Shown here piece by piece: positions 55,010 to 64,000 of a stretch of 64,000 nt of DNA. The notes under the pieces are model-generated. The model was not told the origin of the DNA. It made no database searches and saw only the letters and a program-made list of their open reading frames with translations. The position numbers were made by a program, and so were the translations under genes. The DNA comes from Octopus vulgaris (taxonomy: Eukaryota): assembly GCA_951406725.2 (NCBI GenBank), contig OX597834.1:10354001-10418000 (forward strand), written 5' to 3'. How positions within the stretch are numbered: position 1 is the first letter of the stretch; every line of letters starts with the position of its first letter.

Positions 55010-55235
55010 GATTCTGATGTCCCAACATATAAAAAAATGGCAAACTTTATGCAATCCACGACACCGTCTGTGTACGTCTCCTCTTCGCGGGAGGCAGTAC
55101 AGCGAGTACTCAAAGAGAATTACGCTTATCTTGGAGAATCAACATCAATTGATTACCAGGTGCAAAGAAACTGCCAACTTATGCAAGTTGGTGGTTTGCT
55201 GGATTCCAAAGGATACGGAATTGCTACTCCAAGGG
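55010..55235 (+). CDS. Same iGluR gene, S2 ligand-binding domain exon
   Basis: Translates DSDVPTYKKMANFMQSTTPSVYVSSSREAVQRVLKENYAYLGESTSIDYQVQRNCQLMQVGGLLDSKGYGIATPR(G). Acceptor tttttccag|GAT (phase 0, matching the previous donor), donor AGG G|gtaagt (phase 1). 226 bp. Confidence 0.97.
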
Positions 55236-55489
55236 GTAAGTAAGATACGCAGTTTCTGGTCCTTTTTTACAAACTATTCTTCCTCATCGCCTTCTACTTC
55301 TGTGTTAATAATAAGAACATTAACGATAGTTGAGATGCAGATAAAGAAAGAACAAAAATTAGTGGATAACGAAATTGCAGGCAAATTTATTTACATCACT
55401 CTACAATTCCCGTTTTTAATACTTTGAAATTGTACAATATTTAAACTGTGGCTCATTTATACACGCACAAACAAAACCCACACACACTC

Positions 55490-55858
55490 ATTTACTTGTG
55501 ACTGTGGCCATACTGGAGCATCGCTTTAGTCTAGCAAATCGACCCCAGGACTTATTCTTTGTAAGCCTAGTACATATTCTATCGGTCTCTTTTGCCGAAC
55601 CGTTAAGGTTGTCAAGCGATGTAGGAGGGCACACACACACAAACACACACACATATGTATCTATATATATATATATATCTATATGCATATATATGACGGG
55701 TTTCTTTCAGTTTCCGTCTACCAAATCCACTCAAAAGATTTTTGGTTGGCCCGGGGCTATAGTAGAAGACACTTGCCCTTGGTGCCACGCAGTGGGACTG
55801 AACCCGGATCAATGTGGTTCGTGAGCAAGCTAATTACCGCACAGCCACTTCTACGCCT
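55490..55858 (-). mobile_element. SINE family A copy
   Basis: Reverse-complement match with small deletions, about 255 bp downstream of the S2 exon. Confidence 0.88.
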
Positions 55859-55863
55859 ATACA

Positions 55864-55899
<36 letters not shown>

Positions 55900-56449
55900 T
55901 ATATATACATACAAACACACATGCATACAGACACACACACACATATATATATATACTGCATGTAGATACTTTATTCATCAATTGATATAAACCTATCTCA
56001 CGGCAAAAGAAGCGAAAGTATCTAGAAAGGCTATAGCTACTCCTTTGCTTCGTGTATAAGAATATCAAATGGATATTCACTAAGAACCGCTTTGGGTTTC
56101 TGACTTACGCCGTATCAAAGGTTATGGCCCTCAAGGAATTTCATGCAAATTAATCAAATAAGGTTGTTGTTTATTTAATTCAATACCTGTTATTGCCAGC
56201 TAATTAGTATTTGAATTAACGCAATTTTTTATGAATAATTAAAGTGTTACAAAATTACATTAGCATATTGATTCAAAACTGAACAGAATAAAAATTAAAG
56301 AATATATAGGTAAATGAAAATATTAAGCAATTATATTGCGGAGGAAATTTATTAGTAATTAGAAATACGTCACTGAATTGTGAAATATTCAATCGCAGTT
56401 TTGCAACCTTGTCACGGATGCAATTATGCTGCATTTGAGATGGTCCGTT

Positions 56450-56759
56450 TTGTTTGCTCCTTCTCGAGCCATGCCTGGCTCATTAGGGCCGGATTTCCGG
56501 TTTCCTTGGCGGCGTGTAGGTTCCCCTCCTGGACGGGTCGCCGGTCCGTCGCAGGTGAGCTGCAAGATGCAGGAGGGAAAGAGTGAGAGAAAGTTGTGGC
56601 GAAAGAGTCAGTAGAAGTTAATCATTACCTTTGAGGCCGGAGCCGCGTGGAGCTTAGGTGTTTTGCTCATAAACACACACATCGCCCGGTCTGAGATTCG
56701 AACCCGCGATCCATCGACCGCGAGTCTGCTGCTCTAACCACTAGGCCATGTGCCTCCAC
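56450..56759 (-). mobile_element. Family C-related SINE with a third tail type
   Basis: tRNA-like head at 56690-56759 and shared gagtgagagaaagttgtgg. The tail resembles 7975-8065. TSD AGATGGTCCGTT. Confidence 0.85.
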
Positions 56760-57405
56760 AGATGGTCCGTTGAAGGATATTGTCCACGATGTAACAATTT
56801 ACATCTGTCATTCGCAACACTAACCCACAATACTGGTTTTGCACCTCCCTTCATTAATACTCAAATGGAAATTAAGTTTTATATGCCTTTCATTTAAGTT
56901 CGATGCAACGAATAGTTTATACTATGGCTGTGTGGATAAGAGGCTTGCTTTGCAACCATGTGGTTTTGGGTTCAGTTCTAGTATGTGGCACCTTGGGCAA
57001 GTGTTTACTTCTATATGAAATTTATGTCACTTATTTTACTCTTTGTTTTGAGACGTCTTCGCTTTTGTAATTCATCCCGTCTCAGTATAATAACAAAATA
57101 TGGAAATCCAGCCAGTCATCTATACCACCTCTGAAACTATCCTACTACGTACTCAGTAAATATATTTATCTCTAAGATTATTATTTTCGGATTGCCCAAG
57201 GGACAACTTTACGTCAGAGCGATAAAATATTCTCTGTCCATATCAGACAATTGTAAAATGAAACAATCATAAAGTCAATATAACATTTATTACTGTTTCT
57301 TAAATGCGTAGATATGACATTACTATTGCGAAGTTTTTAAATTTCAATAAGGTCTCATTTCAAGTCACATTCTAAAGAAGTATTTGTCCGATGTATCTCT
57401 CTAAT

Positions 57406-57517
57406 TCACATTAAGTTGATAGTATGCAACCACTCTATCGCTCCAACACCGCACATATCTCTGAGATATTTAGAAATTTAATATTTCTGAATTTGGTGAT
57501 CAGTGAATAAACTTCAC

Positions 57518-57573
<56 letters not shown>

Positions 57574-57879
57574 TACGAAGTCTAGACACATATCTTCAGC
57601 TAGCAGGCCTTGCTACTCTAGACTGATGATGGGCAAGACCCAGAAACATGTATGTCTCTAGATGCAGGCCTAGCTGTTGGGGCTGTTTGTCTCCCCTTCG
57701 TAAATATATAAGGATATAGGAAATGTGTCAAGGCCGGCAGGAAGCGTCGATGCTTCCTAGGGCTAAATAGCGGTGGTGTCATTCCATTTACGGGACTGTC
57801 ACATTAAGTTGACAGTATACAACCACTCTATCTCCACCACCGCACATATCTCTATGAGATATTTAGAAATTTAATATTT
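57406..57879 (+). mobile_element. Retrozyme-like small non-coding element: about 393-bp unit plus about 80-bp terminal redundancy, containing the hammerhead
   Basis: Imperfect direct repeats at 57406-57486 and 57799-57879 (tcacattaagttga...gagatatttagaaatttaatattt). Between them: (TA)n, the hammerhead rod and several hairpins. No ORF. Confidence 0.65.
57617..57662 (+). ncRNA. Type I hammerhead ribozyme with intact catalytic core, sense to the iGluR intron
   Basis: TCTAGA-CTGATGA-TGGG caaga CCCA-GAAA-CAT gt ATG-TC-TCTAGA: stem I TCTAGA/TCTAGA, core CUGAUGA, 4-bp stem II, GAAA, short stem III, GUC triplet (predicted cut after C57656). Stem I extends imperfectly out to about 57565/57710. Confidence 0.88.
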
Positions 57880-57915
57880 ACGAATAAATATATAGATTAT
57901 AATTTACTATCATAT

Positions 57916-57963
57916 GCCTTGTTAGTGGATTTGTGAGACGGAAACTGAAAGAAGCCTGTCGTA

Positions 57964-58014
<51 letters not shown>

Positions 58015-58238
58015 GTGTTTGTTTGTGTGTCTGTGTTTGTGTGTCTGTGTTTGTCCCTCTAGCATTGCTTGACAACCGATGCTGGTGTGTTTGTGTCTCC
58101 GTTACTTAGCGGTTCGGCAAAAGAGACCGATAGAATAAGTACTAGGCTTACAAAAGTATAAGTCCGGGGTCGAGTTGCTCGATTAAAGGCGGTGCTCCAG
58201 CATGACCGCAGTCAAATGACTGAAACAAGTAATAGAAT
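57916..58238 (+). mobile_element. SINE family A copy, 5'-truncated
   Basis: Begins at gccttgttagtggatttg and runs to the tail. Confidence 0.88.
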
Positions 58239-58597
58239 ATGTTTATGTATACATGGCTGTTCCTTTCTGTAATTACAACAAAATTTGAAGGTAATCAATA
58301 AATGAAAGAATAATGGTATAAATTATCCTACTTTATCAGGTATTAATCATTTACGAATGTCTATTATATTTAAAATGTTATTTCTTTCGAGACTGTATAC
58401 ATTTCAGCACTTTTGACAATAATCTCGCTCCATCATTCTAGGTGTAGTAAGCCTCCTTTAGATTCAAACTCCGATTTTGGTGAACAGTTGTCAGTTACAA
58501 AATTCTAGTGTATAATAGTTTAGCCAAGATAATCGCTTTTGCTTTTGTTACGTTGCAAATAATTATTGTGTCTTTTCTTTTGTTATATTTTAAACAG

Positions 58598-58863
58598 GAT
58601 CTCCTTATCGGGATATGATCTCAGAGAAAATATTATTTCTTCAAGAAAGACAAGAAATTAGCAAGCTTTACACCAAATGGTGGAAAGAAAAAGCAGCTAA
58701 TAAGTGTGACAATGAGTCCAAAGGAAAGCAAAACGCGAACGAGCTAGGCCTTCAGAACGTTGGGGGCGTTTTCGTGGTGCTTATGGCCGGAGTGGTCGCT
58801 GGCACAATTATGGCTATTTTTGAATTCTTGTGGAAGTCATGGAGAAATTCCAGAATTGACAAG
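58598..58863 (+). CDS. Same iGluR gene, end of S2 plus M4 transmembrane exon
   Basis: Translates (G)SPYRDMISEKILFLQERQEISKLYTKWWKEKAANKCDNESKGKQNANELGLQNVGGVFVVLMAGVVAGTIMAIFEFLWKSWRNSRIDK. Acceptor taaacag|GA (phase 1, matching), donor AAG|gtaaga. 266 bp. GSPYRD and LGLQNVGGVF resemble kainate-type subunits. No downstream C-terminal exon was recognised in the window. Confidence 0.96.
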
Positions 58864-58918
58864 GTAAGAGTTTGCTAAAGACTAATTGATATTTTTTTGT
58901 GACGATGATGATTATGAT

Positions 58919-58963
<45 letters not shown>

Positions 58964-59097
58964 CATACAACCACACACACATATATATATATATATATGT
59001 CTATGTATATATATATATGTCTATGTGTATATACGTATATGTATGTATATATATATATATATATATGTATGTATATATATATGTATGTATGTATATA

Positions 59098-59138
<41 letters not shown>

Positions 59139-59213
59139 ATATGTATGTATATATATATATATATATATATGTGTGTATGTATATATATATGTGTGTGTAT
59201 GTATATATATATA

Positions 59214-59251
<38 letters not shown>

Positions 59252-59978
59252 CATACATATCTATATTATGGGCTAGATTTTTGAGTGACATTGTTACATT
59301 GAGTGACGGCATATGGTCTCATATGCGGTTAACGTTGTGTTTGTAGGAACATTAACGTTAATAATAAAATTACCTGCAATGGGAACCAATACTTTTGACA
59401 ATTGATCAGAAACATGTATGAAATAAGTAACATAGAAAGAAAGGCAAATATCTCAATATTTACACATCACCCAATGCATGTGTATTGTTAGAACATTCTA
59501 CAAAGCATTTAAGGTACACGGTATAATGAGTATAGCTCATTAAAATCGAAAAAAAAAATCGAATAATAGGGAATTAGGACGTATTTTTTGTAAAACCCTG
59601 ATGTTTGGTTACAATAAAATTTTTTCCACACTTCTCTTCTGCGTGCAGTATGACAATAACAAATCAAATAACTTTGTAGCGTAACGTGAGGAGTTAAAAC
59701 CAGAGGTTGAAAACGGTGTGGGGGACACCGTTTTCAACCTCTGCATAGGATACGAACGTTTCGTCCAGGTCACAGACGTTACAATGTTAACCAGAGGAGG
59801 CTACTATAGAAGCCGACAGTGCCATAGGACATTCAGGTTGCACATTAGCAAAAATCAGCATACCTAAACTCAACTATGTTATCAATAGCTAAATATATAA
59901 TATTTTTTTCATATAAACACACACGAACGTAGTACAAACACGCATGTACATATCTATGTATAACTATATATCAATATG

Positions 59979-60011
<33 letters not shown>

Positions 60012-60117
60012 ATATATATATATGTGTATGCATACATATGTATGTATATATAAGTATGTATATATATATATATATATATATACACGTGTATATATATCTA
60101 TATCACTCTCTCTCTCT

Positions 60118-60170
<53 letters not shown>

Positions 60171-60549
60171 AGACGGAAAATATGCAAATACGGGCTTCAC
60201 TTATTTTAAACTTGACAAGTTTATAATATCGCTTACTGAATAGATAAATGGAAATTTGAATGCCCATATTGCAAAAAAAAAAATGTGTCTGTATTTTCAC
60301 GAAATACATGCTCAGCATTTCTTACATTCGGTAGGGGTTTGACGTATGCGTTTGAATTTAAAGCTAATCTGAATATGCAATTTATATGCGTGATTCAATG
60401 AAACCGAACATCATTACTTTTGGAGAGTGATGTGGGTATAATATATAAAAGGTATGACTTCATGTGCATTTATGCATTAACTTACTCACTCATTCACATA
60501 CGTTTATATATATATATATATATGTGTATATATATATATATATATATAA

Positions 60550-60615
<66 letters not shown>

Positions 60616-61083
60616 TCATACTTTTCAATATGTCCTTTAGTGTATATTAAACACAGTTCATCTGTCTGTTAGTTCATACACACACTCACACACAGAAACA
60701 GGGACACACATACATATATATACACACGCACACACATGCATATAAATTCGTAAAGACATGTTTACGTTCAGTGAATCATTCGCTTAGTGCTCGACGTATG
60801 ATTTGGGGTGAAATTAAAACTAAAACTACGATACTTTGGGTGCTGTCCTCTGTCGGATATGTAGATGAAATTCCAGAACTGAGGAAAAGGAGAAGGGTAT
60901 AGGAGATTGGAAGGGGCAGAAAAAATACGATCCCGTAGGTACGTGATCGAAAACTCTACTGACCATTCCAATATGGCAGTCCAGAAATATAGGACTAATG
61001 CCGCCATTGATTAGCTCCAAAGCTAATCATTAGTCCTATATTTCTATTTCCTATATTTCAATACTCCATCACAGCGTTACTTA

Positions 61084-61278
61084 AGAAACAGGAAGAGAGA
61101 GTGAGAGAAAGTTGTGGCGAAAGAGTACAACAGGGGTCGCCACCACCCCCTGCCGGAGCCTCGTGGGGCTTCTATGTGTTTTCGCTCAATAAGCACACAC
61201 ATCGCCCGGTCTTGGAATCGAAACCGCGATCCTCCGACCGCGTGTCCGCTGCCCTAACCACAGGGCCATTGCGCCTCT
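61084..61278 (-). mobile_element. SINE family C, 5' half
   Basis: Reverse-complement match to head and first body segment. Confidence 0.85.
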
Positions 61279-61334
61279 ACATCGATATGTATATGTGTAT
61301 ATGTATATATATATATATATGTATATGTGTGTGT

Positions 61335-61368
<34 letters not shown>

Positions 61369-62074
61369 TATACACACACACACCCACATTCACGGCGCGC
61401 GCACAGATACACACATACGTATACATCGGGCTCAAAGAAAAAGGGTGCTTGCTTCGACATTTATGTTCGTTCGTTACAATTGCATTTATCTTGTCAAGAA
61501 TTTAAGCAGCTGCTTTGTGTTAAGTGCCATTGAGAATTTATCAGTTCATATTTCCTGGATGTTCTACGTTAGTATTTCTCTCATTTAATATTTCACATCA
61601 TTTAAATTAAATATATATCACATATGTAAGCACGTTATTCTGTATCTACATTATCTGAATCCACTTTGCTAATCACTCTCAATAATTTGTATGCATAAAA
61701 AATTCATACGTAAGCGACTATAATTATACCCAAGCAATAAATTAAATTATCGAAAAGCACAATTATTTTTCTATATAAGTTTTAAGAGATTGGCAATCAG
61801 CCTGCATGTCAAATGTAGTCAGTCGAAAATACAACACATGGGACACAAGTACGTTTCAGGGATCATCAGGAGAGAATGCGCTTCTTTTCGGGTGTTTCCC
61901 CCCGACGATTTTACAGGTGTAGTGTCTCCTCATATCACAGATGTGAAACCCCTTACCAACTAGATCGACTGATTTATTCGACCTTATCTCCATATCGGAT
62001 CATCACCAACATTCAAATTATGAAATCGTGCAAGTCTGATTTACTTTATAAGCAAATAGATACATCACACCTAT

Positions 62075-62175
62075 ACATCACCTCTCGGGTCTGGTCTCAT
62101 TAGTTTTAAGCCATATCGAATGGCTGGCTCGCTCAGTTATTGCCTGGAGTTCTTTCAAGACAGCGTTTCCTTGAC
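62075..62175 (-). mobile_element. Possible 3' end of a restriction-like-endonuclease non-LTR element (HERO/NeSL-like)
   Basis: Minus-strand AVLKELQAITERASHSIWLK resembles the AExAS-x-WxWxKR C-terminus of such elements. Short. Confidence 0.35.
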
Positions 62176-63121
62176 GATACAGAATGATACAATTGATATC
62201 ATATCGAATGATAGAGAATTTCAATATCATATTCAATTCCAATATGATATCAAATAATATCATATTGGAATTGTATTACAAATATATACCCGAGCCGTAA
62301 AATCACGTCTGTATGAAACAACATTTAATGGCGACTGTCTCAATTGTGCTCGAATCAATTGTAATAGGTGTATTACTTTGATACCAGTTTATGGCCATGA
62401 CGATTAGGTTGATTAACAGAAGAATATATTTTCCATAAGCGTTCTGTATCGCAATTGATTGACTACACTTTTTGATAATTTAAATTCAATTTAACATACT
62501 TAAGGCTAACACAGAAACTTAGATGAGCTTAGGATAAAATCATCCAAGCAAAATTGTTCAAATATCAATTTCAAATTTTGGCAATTTCGGAAGAAGGGAC
62601 AAATTGATTACATTGAAACCAGTGCTCAACGGGTAGCTATTTTACCAACTCTGATAAATTAGTCAAATTTTAGTGTTATTTTGAGAGAGGAAGTTGTTTT
62701 GGTTCGATATAACATAGTAAATTATAGGCTTCACCGTACTTGCTGATGAAACAGAGCATTCTCAGTTTTTCTCGCAATAAAGAAATAAAAATGTGTTCCT
62801 GAGACATTAGACTGCCCAGTTCTCGTGGAAAATCAAAATACTGAACAACTCTACAAAGGTTAATTTTTATGGGGTGAGACTGGCTCCGACATAGTGAAGA
62901 CAGTATGTTGCTCCAAATAAAATAGTGAAGTTAGCGTGAAAACATTTAATGCAGATATCATAAAAAGCTAACTATAAAATATTATGGGCAATGTTTTTAC
63001 ACCATTTTCTACCACTTGAATAGAGAAAACAGATTTTAGGATATAGCATATAATATACTTATGCAATATATGTATGTATGTATATATATATATATATAGG
63101 TATAAGTATGTATATGTGAAC

Positions 63122-63167
<46 letters not shown>

Positions 63168-64000
63168 GCGTACGCATACACCCGCGGACTCACTCACGAA
63201 CACTCATATATTCTACATCTTCGATGTTTTCATGAAACACAAACCTCGGTTATAGAATCCTATTAAAGTCAGTATTTACCGGTGAATATATAACTAGGTC
63301 GATCCATGATTATTACTGGTGTGGCAGAGTGTCTGAGAGGTTCGTATCCAGGGCTGAACCTACTGCAAGACTACTTCGGAAAGTGCATCCTCTTATAGTT
63401 TATCTTTGATTGATAACGTATGAGGAAAATGATACACATATACACAATTTTGGTGAAATATCGATAACTGATATAAATATTCCCCAAAATGCAGGATCAA
63501 TGATCGACGAGAAATATCCCTGGATATATTTGTTCTGTATCCATTTACATATAATTTATTTTTGTATCTAGCACAACATAAGAAATGAATAAATAGATAA
63601 TCGTTACGCATACATATATATTCACAAGCTGACACCTATATGCACACATACACGAATATGCATATAGACATGACTATAGAAACACACACATATATTTATG
63701 CATGAATACATACATATATATACATACCGTAATTATTATTTTGTATTGTTGTTGAGAGAGGCTCCCTTTCTTTCCTGATGAGAAGATTGCATCTTACACC
63801 GTTTATTCCTTTGGAATAAAACCATGTTGTCTTCGAAACATATGTCGAAAGTAAAGGAATTTTGTTAACATCTTCGTTCAACTCCATTTATTTATTTATT
63901 CATATATATACTTATATATATATATAGAGAGAGAGAGATATCAGTAAATTGTTAAATAAATTATAAATTGCTTCAGTGCTTACAACAGAAAAATAGATTC

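Noticed and set aside
61845-61875. Minus-strand CTGATGA-TCCCT-GAAACGTA hammerhead-like core
   Set aside because: No stem II and no stem I pairing; at most a deleted relic.
345-63887. Dozens of long ORFs rich in Y/I/H/T/C/V/M or poly-I/N
   Set aside because: They are translations of (TA)n, (TACA)n, (GATA)n and (AAT)n arrays that lack stop codons by construction; no protein signal.

Overview
AT-rich eukaryotic DNA full of microsatellites, almost certainly an octopod cephalopod (inferred from a cephalopod-type mitochondrial 16S insertion and the SINE families). The only host protein-coding sequence found is three + strand exons (45825-46042, 55010-55235, 58598-58863) of a non-NMDA, kainate-type ionotropic glutamate receptor (M3 [10 protein letters not shown]2 ligand-binding lobe, M4). 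Everything else appears to be intron. The introns carry three abundant SINE families, LINE fragments (Tx1/L1-like, RTE, CR1, Penelope-like), a Tc1/mariner relic, two inverted MITEs, a split 16S NUMT and a tRNA-Met pseudogene fused to a SINE tail. The main unexpected result is at least seven hammerhead-ribozyme motifs in at least three element families. Two of them (57617-57662, +, intact core; 40463-40507, -) sit at the tip of long rod-like stems in small non-coding elements that share covarying hairpins. One of these has terminal redundancy, as expected of a retrozyme or circular-RNA-derived element. Nearly all ORFs in the supplied track are microsatellite or repeat artefacts. All structures were read by eye, and repeat boundaries are approximate (about +/-10 bp).
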